Positions 25,764 to 36,331 of a stretch of 56,822 nucleotides of DNA are shown here, one piece after another. The position numbers were made by a program, and so were the translations under genes. The notes beneath the pieces were generated by a model. It saw only the letters and a program-made list of their open reading frames with translations. It was not told the DNA's origin and searched no databases. The stretch is from UHGV virus genome UHGV-0014949, one strand, 5' to 3'. Within the stretch, counting starts at the first letter, position 1, and each line of letters begins with the position of its first letter. This DNA comes from a virus.

Positions 25764-28700
25764 CAAAATCATTAATCAATTGCTAAAAAGCCGGGTTTTA
25801 AGCAAAGCTAGATCAAAAAGTTTAAGTGCAGCCACACCGATTGTTGAAGATCCAACACTACAGACCTGGATCAAAGAAGTATCTAGCACTATCAAAGATG
25901 TGGCTGGATCGAGTGTAAGAAAATCGGATCTGGTTAGAGCTGGTATCGTCACAATTAACAACGGCGAACTACAAAATGCCTTAACACCAAATGAGGAAGT
26001 TAATTTAACCATTCCGGCAGCAGTGGTAAACCTTGCGGCGAATGGCGCTTATAGTTCTATTACTTTGGACTGGGAAACCAAGCCAAGTAAGTATTTTGGG
26101 CAAAATACTATTTATAGATCCGATGTGGATGACTTCGGGACAGCAACACAAATTGGATCAACTTTAGGTGATGTTTACACAGACTATGTGGGGAACCATA
26201 TTAAAGCTTACTACTGGGTAAGAACCATTAGTAAATTTGGTGTAGAGGGGGATTTAGCGCCGTCAGTCTATGCAGAAACGGCCATTGATGTGGCTTATGT
26301 GATGGACCAGATTTCAGGCCAGATTGATAAGTCGCACTTAAATCAGCTTTTACAAAGTGAAATTGGAAAAATTACACAAAATACCAGTGATTTAATTAAT
26401 GAAATTAAAAATAGAGCAGCAGCAGTAGCCAATCTAGCCAATCAATTGCGTCTTGAAGCAGAAGCGCGAGTTAATGATTTGATTGCATATATAGACACTG
26501 AGGTTTTGGAAAAAACCGTAGCAGAAGCCCAAGCACGTGCAGTAGCTATAGCAGAGGAAGCATCTAAGCGCACAACAGAGTTACTAGCCAAGGCGAATGA
26601 GTTAAAAACAGAATTTACCGCTTTGAATGCTCAAAGAATACAAGATATTTTATTATTAAATGATGGGCTAACCAGCGAAGTTACCAGTCGTAAAGCTGGT
26701 GATGCTGCAAATCTTACAGCACTAAATAACTATAAAACATCAAACAATGCAGCACTATCCAATATCAGCGAAACCCTTAGTACCGCAGTTGATACCGGCC
26801 AAGCCACAGCCGAAAAAGTCACAGCTTTAGACACGCGACTAACTACCAATGAACAAGTGAGTTCAACCGCACTGACTAAAGCAGAATCCGCCGTCACATC
26901 AAATAGCGCACTGGCTTCAAAGGTAGACAATCTGGCTGCTATCATCACAGATATTGGAGAAGGTGCTGAAACGAATGTCGATGTTTATGCCTTTAATGCG
27001 TTAAAGGTGGAGGTTAATGCTCAAGGGGACCAGGTTGACACCATCACCAGCGACTTGACTACTTTAACAGGGACAGTATCAAATCTGGGTAACATTACCA
27101 ATGCGACCAATAACGCCGTTGCAGAATTAAAGACACAACAAACTGCTACAGGAACCAAGGTAAACCAGCAAGGGGAAAGTATTACCTTGCTTCAAAACAG
27201 TGTTGCCACTCTTAATGATGATCTAGCTACCAAGGTGGATTCAGAAACCTTTGACAGCCTAACTTCTCAGGTCACGCAAGATAGAGCCAACATCACAGCG
27301 CAAGGCCAGAGCATTACCAATATTCAGAACAACCTAGAAACGACAAACAATAAAATAAATACCAAGGCCGATGCTAGCGCATTGACGGCGACAGATTCAA
27401 AAGTAGCAAATATTGATGATAGAACAACGACTAACACTAATGACACCACTGACTTAAAAGGTCGCATGTCTACAGTTGAGAATGGTTTATCTACCAAAGC
27501 AGATGTGAGCGCACTCAACAACATCTACACGAAAACTCAGTCTGATGCTAAGGCTATTGAGCTGGCAGCAGGTGAAATCAGTAAATACGATGCTACCCTT
27601 ATTACAGGCGGTAAAAACTACGCCATTAAGCTCCAAAATGGTGAAGACTTTAAGCCCTTCTCAGGTTCAGTCGTAACGGTTACACCTAACTTGTCTAGAC
27701 TACTCCTACCTCTTACCTTACCTGTAACAAACCCATTCCGTGTAAAAATCACAGGAGGTACAAGTGTTGTATTAACCGCACCAGTTATTACGTTTATTAA
27801 AGAATCCAGTGTCTTTATTGGATTTAAAGTAAAGAACGAAAGTACTGAGCTTTTACGCTTCGCCTTTAACAACCTATTTGATATTAAATACTTTAAAGGT
27901 TCGGACATAGTAAATCCAGGAGAAGAAAAAGAGATTCTATTGCGGGGTATTACTAGATCTAATGTTAGTGTAGGTCTGCGTGTTCTAAATCCATATAACA
28001 CAAATGGAGGGGCATATACTGAATTATCCTTCCTTATGGCTGAAGTAATGGCTGGTGTAGGCACAATCCCTTCTAATTGGATAGAACCTGTTGAGATAGT
28101 TAAGTCGGCAATTGAAGTAAATGCTACAGCAATCACCACTACCAATGCAGAAGTTGTACGTGTAGATGGTAAAACTACTGTAAATGCTAATGAAATTAAT
28201 GGTTTAACCAGCCGTATGAGCACGGTTGAAGGGCAGGTATCAACTAAAGCGGAAGCCAGTGCTTTACAGAATTACTATACCAAGACTGAGGCTGCAACAA
28301 ACGCGACTACAGTAGCAGCAGGTGAAGTTGCCAAATACGATGCTTCTTTAAAAGTAGGTGGTGAAAACTTATGGTCGCTAGATGAAGCAACTATTGCAAA
28401 AGAAGGTGGTAACGCGGTAATTGAGTATATAGACCGCAATAAAGAGCACTATAAAGTCACTATCTCATCTTTCAGATCAACAGATAACTTGAATTTAATT
28501 CGTCACGACAACATGCTTTTAAGTAAGTCACTCGCTGATGTAGATAAAAATTCACAATACACCCTGTCTTTTGAAATTAGAGCTATAAAAGCTGGAAGAT
28601 GTACGCTTTACGCTTATTTTAACGGAGCCAACACAGTACCGGGTATTGACGTAACAACTGAGTGGCAGCGCTTTGAATTTACGCCAGCTAGTAAACCTGC

Positions 28701-31437
28701 CGGAACTGGTGCGACATTAACAAGTCAGCTATTTGCTTTTGGACTAAACACTATAAATGGGTGGGCTGTAAATGATTGGTACGAAGTACGTCATATTCAG
28801 ATGCAAAAAGGTACTAAGGCCACTGCATTCAGCAAAGCTACCCTTGCGTTGCAAAATGCGTTAGATGCTAACGCTACTGCGATCCAATCTACTAACACCG
28901 AACTAACTAAAGTAGATGGTAAGGTTACTGCAAACAGTAACTCTATTACATCCCTCAATAGTTCTGTATCTAACCTAGAAAACACTAAATTAAACGCTAG
29001 TGTGATAGCAGGTTACTATACAAAATCTGAAACAGATAGCAAGGTAGAAACAGTTACCGCAGGAAGGATTGAAGCATTTAAATCCTCTATTGAGAACTCA
29101 GTAGAGGCTATTAAGATACTTCCACTACAGGCAACTGTAGCTAACATTCTTCGCCCTAATAATCCAGATTTTAACAATATCTCTCTTGTGCAGGATAGTA
29201 CTACCAATGCTTCGCATGTTCTTAAGGTGACTGGTTTAGAGGGTGGAGTAAATATCTTTGCAGCAGAGAATGTACCATTTAACCCTAATAGGCTGTACAG
29301 AGTTAAGTATCGTTTAAAGCGGGTAGCTGGAACAGGTATTGTGTATCCTGCTGTAGTACCTATGAATATGTACAAAACAGGCGGCATTACCTCGAATAAC
29401 ACTGGATTAAATATTAACACTATTAGTTCTGTTATCTACCCATTGGCAGGTACAACTACTGCAATGCCTTTAAACGTGTGGGTAGAGGGTGATTACTACA
29501 TTAAAGGCCAATCTGCTGGGGCATCTACAGGAGCAGGTACTTTAACTAGTCCTCGGACTATGCCTAATTTTGGGGCATATTTAAGACTAGGCTTTATTTG
29601 CCCTATACGTACGGATTTCTTAATTGAATACTTCATTTTAGAAGAAGCTGATGACGACATAACGGCGGATGCGCTCATTACAACCAATGCCGAAGTATCT
29701 CGCATTGACGGCGCATTAACCAGTACAGCGAACAACATAATTTCACTAAGCAGTTCAGTTCAAGGGCTTGAGCAAGATAATTTAGTGTTACCGTTTAAGG
29801 ATAAAACATACAGCGGCGCGGCATATTTACAAGTTAGTTGCCCTCTACGCGATCTATATTACATGCGAACCGGAGAAGTCTATACAGTCCGTGGAAAGGT
29901 GTCTTTTGATCATCCGAATGCCCTTAGCGCAGCGCAGGGATTAGCGATATATCTAGAGGGAGCTATTCGGTTTACCAACGTAGCTTTGTTTAAGCAAGGC
30001 GATAATCAGTATTTTGAGGGTACGATCACAATCCCTGCTATCGTTGATGGTCGCTCTTTCACTAACCTAAACTTCTATTTCTTACCATCAGGTACGGCAG
30101 TAGCTGGTACAAAAACAACAGTTCATTGGGCAGAGCTACGAAAAGGAGATCAGGTTAGCAAAGTTGATCTTTCAGACTACGCCACAGCTAATGCACTAAG
30201 TTCTACTAACACAGAAGTATCTCGAATCAATGGGGTAGTAAATACTCAAGCCACCCAATTAACTTCATTGTCTGCTGGGTTAAGTAGACAAGAGGATGTT
30301 AAATCACTAGCTTACGATTACGAAACGAAAGATGCTGATAGCTGGATTCCTCACTATGGAGGTAGAAGCACCCAGTTTGGAATAGCTTCCGCTGGTGGCG
30401 GTAAGGTAAGCCCAACGTCTTACTATCTCCCTGAAGGCGTGTCCGGTTCGTTTATGTATAACGCAAAGCGACTAACAAATGATAGAAAATACCGTGTATC
30501 TTTTTGGGCGCGAAAATCGAGTACAGCAACGGCGGCTAACTACATTACTGTAGCGAGAGCTTTAAAGAACGGTAATTTTACAGTTTCTTACTACACTTAT
30601 GTAGCTTTCGCACTATCTACGAATGGAGAATGGCAATTCATATCCGTTGATATTGACTTTAGTTTTTCGCAAGAAAGTTACCCTTATTTATATTTAGGGT
30701 TCTCTGTAAATAATGGGAACGCTAATGGCTGGTCTGAGGTTCAGGGATTCCGTATAGATGAAGTCACTATATTGCCTGATATGTCTGAGTATGCCACCGC
30801 CACGGCTGTAAGTTCTCTTACTACTGAGGTTAGTCGGGTTAATGGGGTGGCAACTTCGGCAGCTAATAGCACTACTCTACTCACATCGCGCATGGGAGCC
30901 GCTGAGAATAAGCTACTTGTCCAGGGGAAAGTAACAGACGGCGTTAGATCCAGCTATGTAGTTAAAATGGAAACTGGAAACGTGGTAGGTGGCTTTGGCA
31001 TGGTCCAAGAAACCGGCGCACTAGGCAATGTAATAACAAGTTTTGGTGTCAATGCAGACACCTTTTTTATTGGCTCACCAACTGGTAATAAGAAGCCCTT
31101 CGCCGTCTTAGGCACATCCGGTTTAATTAATGGTGTAACTGTTCCAGCCGGAACTTATATTGATACTGCTTATATCCCAAACGGAACAATCACCAATGCC
31201 AAAATTGGCGATCTTTCCGCAGATAAAATTACAACAGGCAGTATTGCCGCAGATCGCATGAAGGCCAACATTGTGGCAGCCGCACAAGGTCAATTCACAA
31301 CATTAAGCGCATTATCAGCAAAGATCGGAGTATTAAGAACAGCTACTTCTGGGGCTAGAACGGAAATTAAAGACAATTTGATTGAGGTGTACGACAGTAG
31401 CGGCAAATTACGTGTCAGATTGGGCGTATGGAGTTAA
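25756..31437 (+). CDS. tail fibre / host specificity protein (about 1890 aa) with five paralogous modules
   Basis: N-terminal FN3-like segment (AYYWVRTISKFGVEGDLAPSV). Long coiled coil. Five repeats of ..TNAEVSRIDG..T...L.S each followed by a 200-300 aa module. J-like C-terminus (ITNAKIGDLSADKITTGSIAADRM). Start moved to ATG 25756. Confidence 0.7.
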   Translation: MSNKIINQLLKSRVLSKARSKSLSAATPIVEDPTLQTWIKEVSSTIKDVAGSSVRKSDLVRAGIVTINNGELQNALTPNEEVNLTIPAAVVNLAANGAYSSITLDWETKPSKYFGQNTIYRSDVDDFGTATQIGSTLGDVYTDYVGNHIKAYYWVRTISKFGVEGDLAPSVYAETAIDVAYVMDQISGQIDKSHLNQLLQSEIGKITQNTSDLINEIKNRAAAVANLANQLRLEAEARVNDLIAYIDTEVLEKTVAEAQARAVAIAEEASKRTTELLAKANELKTEFTALNAQRIQDILLLNDGLTSEVTSRKAGDAANLTALNNYKTSNNAALSNISETLSTAVDTGQATAEKVTALDTRLTTNEQVSSTALTKAESAVTSNSALASKVDNLAAIITDIGEGAETNVDVYAFNALKVEVNAQGDQVDTITSDLTTLTGTVSNLGNITNATNNAVAELKTQQTATGTKVNQQGESITLLQNSVATLNDDLATKVDSETFDSLTSQVTQDRANITAQGQSITNIQNNLETTNNKINTKADASALTATDSKVANIDDRTTTNTNDTTDLKGRMSTVENGLSTKADVSALNNIYTKTQSDAKAIELAAGEISKYDATLITGGKNYAIKLQNGEDFKPFSGSVVTVTPNLSRLLLPLTLPVTNPFRVKITGGTSVVLTAPVITFIKESSVFIGFKVKNESTELLRFAFNNLFDIKYFKGSDIVNPGEEKEILLRGITRSNVSVGLRVLNPYNTNGGAYTELSFLMAEVMAGVGTIPSNWIEPVEIVKSAIEVNATAITTTNAEVVRVDGKTTVNANEINGLTSRMSTVEGQVSTKAEASALQNYYTKTEAATNATTVAAGEVAKYDASLKVGGENLWSLDEATIAKEGGNAVIEYIDRNKEHYKVTISSFRSTDNLNLIRHDNMLLSKSLADVDKNSQYTLSFEIRAIKAGRCTLYAYFNGANTVPGIDVTTEWQRFEFTPASKPAGTGATLTSQLFAFGLNTINGWAVNDWYEVRHIQMQKGTKATAFSKATLALQNALDANATAIQSTNTELTKVDGKVTANSNSITSLNSSVSNLENTKLNASVIAGYYTKSETDSKVETVTAGRIEAFKSSIENSVEAIKILPLQATVANILRPNNPDFNNISLVQDSTTNASHVLKVTGLEGGVNIFAAENVPFNPNRLYRVKYRLKRVAGTGIVYPAVVPMNMYKTGGITSNNTGLNINTISSVIYPLAGTTTAMPLNVWVEGDYYIKGQSAGASTGAGTLTSPRTMPNFGAYLRLGFICPIRTDFLIEYFILEEADDDITADALITTNAEVSRIDGALTSTANNIISLSSSVQGLEQDNLVLPFKDKTYSGAAYLQVSCPLRDLYYMRTGEVYTVRGKVSFDHPNALSAAQGLAIYLEGAIRFTNVALFKQGDNQYFEGTITIPAIVDGRSFTNLNFYFLPSGTAVAGTKTTVHWAELRKGDQVSKVDLSDYATANALSSTNTEVSRINGVVNTQATQLTSLSAGLSRQEDVKSLAYDYETKDADSWIPHYGGRSTQFGIASAGGGKVSPTSYYLPEGVSGSFMYNAKRLTNDRKYRVSFWARKSSTATAANYITVARALKNGNFTVSYYTYVAFALSTNGEWQFISVDIDFSFSQESYPYLYLGFSVNNGNANGWSEVQGFRIDEVTILPDMSEYATATAVSSLTTEVSRVNGVATSAANSTTLLTSRMGAAENKLLVQGKVTDGVRSSYVVKMETGNVVGGFGMVQETGALGNVITSFGVNADTFFIGSPTGNKKPFAVLGTSGLINGVTVPAGTYIDTAYIPNGTITNAKIGDLSADKITTGSIAADRMKANIVAAAQGQFTTLSALSAKIGVLRTATSGARTEIKDNLIEVYDSSGKLRVRLGVWS

Positions 31438-31440
31438 GTT

Positions 31441-31815
31441 ATGCCACAAGGATTAATGGTTAATGTTCAGAATGGTTCAGGTTTAGCATCGCTATTTCAT
31501 CCGACTTTGCCGTTCTCTTATTTTGTGGGGAACGTCAATCTTTCAGGAACATGGGGGCCAAATGTTCACAACATGGATACCACTTTTGAGGCACCGTTTG
31601 TATTAAATAAGCCGTGGTTCATCTTGTCTGGATCACCCAACAATGTGGGGAGTTACTACATTGAAAAAGTGGCTGGCACTACAAAAACCTATAGGATTAC
31701 CGCAGAGCGATATATTCGTTTGATTGATCCCAGAAGTGGCTATGTCTACTGGTTAAACCCGGACAAACCGCTAATTGAAAATGCAATTATAAAAATCGGT
31801 GACATTCGTGGCTAG
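31441..31815 (+). CDS. hypothetical protein (124 aa) downstream of tail fibre
   Basis: ORF track. Confidence 0.45.
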   Translation: MPQGLMVNVQNGSGLASLFHPTLPFSYFVGNVNLSGTWGPNVHNMDTTFEAPFVLNKPWFILSGSPNNVGSYYIEKVAGTTKTYRITAERYIRLIDPRSGYVYWLNPDKPLIENAIIKIGDIRG

Positions 31816-32617
31816 TTATTTTGAAGTAAAAAACGACAACTTTAATGTCGTCATTGATGATACTTATGAAAACCTTTCTTTTGTGCATTTTAGTGATGTG
31901 GTGACGATTCAGGCATCGGATGAACAAGGGGTTGGTTCAGTAGGCTGGCAGAATATTTCAAACGGTGCCTATGGTAAATATCAGGCTTATTCGAGATATT
32001 ATACTTTCGAGGAAGTCGGCATAATCAACAAAAAAGTACCGTCTTATGTAGGTATTCGACAAGTCAATGCGGCAAACCCAAATGAACAAAGCTATGCGAT
32101 GGTTGCGGCTTTACCAGCCTATACCACTTTTAACGATCCCAGTACGCCAGTAGTCGGTTTTTATTATCGCATTAACTCTATGGAATTGGGCGCACAATAC
32201 CAGATGGTGAGCTATACCGAGCTGGAAAACAGAACACCATCTAAAGAAGGCTTGCAGATTTACGATGAAAATAGAAAGTTAATTTTTGATGCAGCCTTGG
32301 GCTTTTTGCAAGTCATGGATAGCCAGTATCACAAGCGAGATGTGTTTTCTAGCGCCGTTCAAAGTTTTCCAGTTTATAACTCTACCTTGCCGGAGCTGGA
32401 TTACAACCGCATGTATTTAATCCCAAGACAACGGCCATACGCCATGACAGGTGGCACCATCATTACTAATTTTCGCCAGTATGTACCCAGAATGCGTAGA
32501 GATCCGGTGACAAGACAACTTTATGTGGATCTGGCGATGTGGGGCGAAACAGGCGGCAGCCGACTACAGCAATACCAGTATGTATTTAGTTTTATGGTCG
32601 CTTACGTTCAATTCTAA
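31799..32617 (+). CDS. hypothetical protein (272 aa)
   Basis: ORF track. Confidence 0.45.
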   Translation: MTFVASYFEVKNDNFNVVIDDTYENLSFVHFSDVVTIQASDEQGVGSVGWQNISNGAYGKYQAYSRYYTFEEVGIINKKVPSYVGIRQVNAANPNEQSYAMVAALPAYTTFNDPSTPVVGFYYRINSMELGAQYQMVSYTELENRTPSKEGLQIYDENRKLIFDAALGFLQVMDSQYHKRDVFSSAVQSFPVYNSTLPELDYNRMYLIPRQRPYAMTGGTIITNFRQYVPRMRRDPVTRQLYVDLAMWGETGGSRLQQYQYVFSFMVAYVQF

Positions 32618-32646
32618 TTATTTTTAAACTTCTCAAAAGGTATCTT

Positions 32647-32799
32647 ATGCAAATATTTCTAGTCGTGCTTATGGCACTGGCTGTAACTTCGTGCGTCATC
32701 ACAAAACTGGAACCGGTGGAGCTTTGTATTAGTTCACCACAGCAAACAAACAATGAGCTACAATGCCAAGACATAATACAAAATAAGAAACACCCCTAA
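32647..32799 (+). CDS. small lipoprotein (50 aa; lipobox VTSC), Cor/Llp-like superinfection-exclusion candidate
   Basis: MQIFLVVLMALAVTSCVITKLEPVELCISSPQQTNNELQCQDIIQNKKHP. AAGG ribosome-binding site 7 nt upstream. Located just downstream of the tail fibre genes. Confidence 0.4.
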   Translation: MQIFLVVLMALAVTSCVITKLEPVELCISSPQQTNNELQCQDIIQNKKHP

Positions 32800-32852
32800 C
32801 TTTCTGCTTATATTGGCAACCGCAACAGACACCTAATCTACATAGGTGTGCT
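32781..32852 (+). promoter_or_regulatory. conserved box (AATAAGAAACAC ... TTGGCAACCGCAACAGACA) plus 7-bp-stem hairpin, copy 1
   Basis: Box A 32782-32793, box B 32813-32831. Hairpin ACACCTA/TAGGTGT at 32829-32849 contains the SD. ATG at 32853. Confidence 0.45.
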
Positions 32853-33311
32853 ATGAATGGCTTAGAACAAGTCAATCAATTTTTAAGTGTGACTGGCAGC
32901 AAATTTGTACAACGTGTACATGAGCTACAGCAGCACCTTCAATCATTCCCGGAAGGCGATAAGGTTGATCCACCAGTAAATCATTATTTCGGCCATAAAA
33001 CCTATGTCCGGGAAATGCTTGCGCCGTCTGGGTCCATCATCGTAGGTAAAACTCATCGCTATAACCATACGTGCATTGTCTTACAGGGCAAGGCTTTAGT
33101 GTATTCAGAAAATGGATCTTTTGAGATCCAAGCGCCGTTTACCTTCTCTTGTGAAGCTGGTGCAAAGCGCCTATTTGTTGTGCTGGAAGATCTAGTATTT
33201 CAAACCGTTCACTACACTGAAAGCACAGATCTGGCCGTGATTGAGCAAGAAATTATCGTACCGGATGCAGAAATAAATCAATTTCGTAAAGATCTAAATT
33301 TAGAGGTGTAA
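32853..33311 (+). CDS. hypothetical protein (152 aa) expressed from a conserved box-hairpin element
   Basis: ORF track. Preceded by the conserved element 32781-32852. Confidence 0.5.
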   Translation: MNGLEQVNQFLSVTGSKFVQRVHELQQHLQSFPEGDKVDPPVNHYFGHKTYVREMLAPSGSIIVGKTHRYNHTCIVLQGKALVYSENGSFEIQAPFTFSCEAGAKRLFVVLEDLVFQTVHYTESTDLAVIEQEIIVPDAEINQFRKDLNLEV

Positions 33312-33313
33312 TT

Positions 33314-34102
33314 ATGTCCTGGGTAGCAGTAGGAGTGGGTGCAGTCAGCACCATCGGCGGCTTATTTGGCAGCAGTAGTGCCAAAAAAGCCCAGAAGGAA
33401 GCCAACAAAATTAATCGTGATACGCTCAACTTTAGAAAAGAGCAATACAACGATTATAAGAACAAGTACGGCGGCATTATTGATATGGTTATCAGTGATG
33501 CAGAGGAGGGCGTACAGGCTGATCTAGGTCGGGTGACAAGTGAAGCAGGTGCAGATACAGCAACAGCGTTTTCCAATGCAAAACAGGCTTTAGATAATCA
33601 AAACAACCGCATGGGGATTAATCCCAATAGTGGCCGGGCAGAATCAAGTGAACGTCAATTTGCATTAAATCAGGCCGTGGCGACAGCCGGAAACGTGACA
33701 AATGCACGCAACAAAGAACGCCAGTTCGCAGAAGATGCCACTTGGAACCGTCGTTACGGGGTATATCAACAAGGCAACTCTTTGATTAATGGTGCTGCAA
33801 ACAATGTCGGCAACTCTATGTCCAATCTGGCGGATTCATATAGCACCAGTGCAATAAATCAGAGCAACATGGCAAATCAGGCTATTGCTGGCGGCGTTTC
33901 ATCTATCACACAGGGTTTATTAGCAAACCCAAATGCGATCAAAAGCCTATGGGGTGGAGCGACTACTACAGTGCCGGTATCTAACATTGATTCAGCCACC
34001 AAGGGCATGAAGGTCAGTGGTACAGAAGTCGGAAGCGGTGTGATGTATGACAACATCGCCAGCGTTAGACCAAAAACAAACAACGGCTCATTTTTAGGAT
34101 AA
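33314..34102 (+). CDS. internal virion / ejection protein candidate (N-terminal TM, Gly/Ala/Asn/Ser-rich)
   Basis: MSWVAVGVGAVSTIGGLFG hydrophobic N-terminus. Low-complexity composition like podovirus ejection proteins. Precedes the SLT protein. Confidence 0.4.
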   Translation: MSWVAVGVGAVSTIGGLFGSSSAKKAQKEANKINRDTLNFRKEQYNDYKNKYGGIIDMVISDAEEGVQADLGRVTSEAGADTATAFSNAKQALDNQNNRMGINPNSGRAESSERQFALNQAVATAGNVTNARNKERQFAEDATWNRRYGVYQQGNSLINGAANNVGNSMSNLADSYSTSAINQSNMANQAIAGGVSSITQGLLANPNAIKSLWGGATTTVPVSNIDSATKGMKVSGTEVGSGVMYDNIASVRPKTNNGSFLG

Positions 34103-34111
34103 GGTGAAATT

Positions 34112-36304
34112 ATGTCTATTGATTGGGGCAATGTAGCAGCAGCAGCCGGTGTGGGTGCTGTCACCGGTTTAAATCAATTTAAAGCGGAAACCAAAGAGAA
34201 AGAGGAACGCGACTACACACGTGGTCGCCAAGCAGTACAGGACAAGCAACAGGCTGAATTACACGGCCAGACAATAAAGCAAAATGATTTCACCTTGCAG
34301 TCAAGCGCAAGAGAGCAAGCAGAAGCCAACCGCAAGCAGCTTTTGAGTGAACGCTTGGGTATGTACCAAAACTTCAAAACAACCGGTGATATTGACCGGG
34401 CAGCATCCACATACGTTGAATTTGCCAACAAGGACAACGTAGGTAATCCAAATTTTGATCCAAACCAAGCCTTGTCTTATGTAAAAAATGCAGATGGTAC
34501 AGTCAACATTAACATTGTGGACCGAAACACCGGTGCATTGGTACGAGCAGCCAGAGAGAACGTCAATATTGATGACTTTGTTTCAGCGACCTACCAGCAG
34601 CTTGAGCCAGTTAAAAACTATGAAACTGGCGTAGACAATGCTGCAAAATCTGCACTAAAGCAGCAGGAATATAGCTGGGAAGAACGCAAAATGGGATTGC
34701 AGTATGGTTTTGATCTAAATAAAGAAAACAATAAGCACAATAACACCATTAGTTTGGAAGGTTATAAGCATGGCAATACACTAAGCCTGGAAGGAATCAG
34801 GCAAGGTGGGGCCAACTATCGTGCTGAGTTAGGTCAAGAGGGCCAGAATTACCGGGCAACTTTGCCAGGAAAGGGAACAACCGGTACAGGATCAGGCAAG
34901 GCCAGCGCCGCCGTAGCATCTGGCGTACAGGGTGCAATCGGTTTTGCCCAGCAGAATGCACCAATGCTGAGTTTTTTAAGCAATCAACCGGATCTGTATA
35001 ACAAAACCGTTGCAATGATGGGGATTGAATCCGCAGGTAAGCCGAATGCAGTAAGCTATGATGGATCTAGTCATGGTCCAATGCAGATTAATGCCAAATA
35101 TGCCCAAGGCTTTGCAAGACAATTTAATATTACTGGAAACCCGGTTACAGATGTTCAAGCCAACATTCAAACCGGTGCAGCTTTAATTAATCACCTGGAT
35201 AAAAAATACGGTGGAGATACAACCTTGATTGCCGCTGCATATAACGCTGGGGAACCAGCCATTGATGCCGCAGTAGCACGCTGGCAAAACGCTGGGCAGC
35301 AAGGCACATGGTTCGACCATTTAAACCTAAACGATTCAGCGCGTCAGCAAGTGTACGGCCATATCGTAAAATACAACCAAGCTTTGGGTTATCTGGGTGC
35401 TGGTGGACAGCCGACCAATATCACCGTGGCTCAGGAAAACCAGAAAAATGCACAACAGACGGTCAATGCAAAGAATAACTATAGACAAGGTGTAAGCGCA
35501 CAGGCTACCGCAGCAATCAAAAATACAGCCACGGCAATGGGTACGGAGCTAGGATTAGACAAAGGAGCGAATGCGGCCATTGTGGGCGGTTTGGCTGGCA
35601 CACAAACAGAGATTGCTAAATTTGCCAGCAGCAACACTGAAAGAGAGCGCCGGGCAGCTTATGGGAATATTTACAAGTTGGTTGATACCGCCGTTCTATC
35701 TACAGAAGCCGGGCAAATGATGACACCAGCCCAGCGCAAGGAGTATGCACAACAGAAAACTTCTGAACTGGTCGGAGCTACCAACAAAACCGAAGCTGGA
35801 AATTGGATTTTACATGGCCGTAACGGGAAGAAGGCAGCCAAGCCAGCCGAACAAAGTAATCTAAATACGAAAGAAATTGATAACGTATTTCACGATATTA
35901 ACGTAGGTGAAAGTACGCCAGCAGCCAAACCAGCAGCTAAATCTGGTCAAGCTATGATTCCATTGCGAAACCCAATGCAAAGTGAAGCTGTCACAAAAGC
36001 TGCATCACGTTTTGAGCCACCAAAGACCCAAGCTAAAGCTGCACCAAAACCTGCGGCCAAGCCTAAGAGCAAAGCAGAGCAGAATGCAGAAGCCAGGGCA
36101 GCACGCAAACGAGCGCAAGTGGATGCAGTCAATGAGCGTATTAAGTCAGAACAGGCCGCCAAGCAAAAGGATAAGCCCAAAAAGCCGGAGGAATCTAAAA
36201 AATTAACGCCGTTATTTAAGCAAAGTACCGAGCCATTTTATGGAGGATCTGCCGTAGAAGCGGCCAGAGCTTTAAAGTTAAAGCAGTTGCAAAATAACAG
36301 CTAA
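34112..36304 (+). CDS. internal virion protein with lytic transglycosylase (SLT) domain
   Basis: GIESAGKPNAVSYDGSSHGPMQINAKYAQG ... IAAAYNAGE (nt about 35020-35260) matches the SLT catalytic E-S, Q-I and AYNAG motifs. Lys/Ala-rich C-terminus. Confidence 0.7.
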   Translation: MSIDWGNVAAAAGVGAVTGLNQFKAETKEKEERDYTRGRQAVQDKQQAELHGQTIKQNDFTLQSSAREQAEANRKQLLSERLGMYQNFKTTGDIDRAASTYVEFANKDNVGNPNFDPNQALSYVKNADGTVNINIVDRNTGALVRAARENVNIDDFVSATYQQLEPVKNYETGVDNAAKSALKQQEYSWEERKMGLQYGFDLNKENNKHNNTISLEGYKHGNTLSLEGIRQGGANYRAELGQEGQNYRATLPGKGTTGTGSGKASAAVASGVQGAIGFAQQNAPMLSFLSNQPDLYNKTVAMMGIESAGKPNAVSYDGSSHGPMQINAKYAQGFARQFNITGNPVTDVQANIQTGAALINHLDKKYGGDTTLIAAAYNAGEPAIDAAVARWQNAGQQGTWFDHLNLNDSARQQVYGHIVKYNQALGYLGAGGQPTNITVAQENQKNAQQTVNAKNNYRQGVSAQATAAIKNTATAMGTELGLDKGANAAIVGGLAGTQTEIAKFASSNTERERRAAYGNIYKLVDTAVLSTEAGQMMTPAQRKEYAQQKTSELVGATNKTEAGNWILHGRNGKKAAKPAEQSNLNTKEIDNVFHDINVGESTPAAKPAAKSGQAMIPLRNPMQSEAVTKAASRFEPPKTQAKAAPKPAAKPKSKAEQNAEARAARKRAQVDAVNERIKSEQAAKQKDKPKKPEESKKLTPLFKQSTEPFYGGSAVEAARALKLKQLQNNS

Positions 36305-36331
36305 AATTTAGCTTTTGAAATATACTCACGA

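Noticed and set aside
32813-32831. TTGGCAACCGCAACAGACA as a sigma54 (-24/-12) promoter
   Set aside because: GG is present but the GC expected 10 nt downstream of the GG dinucleotide is absent (ACAG instead of TTGC). Spacing does not fit the TGGCAC-N5-TTGC consensus.
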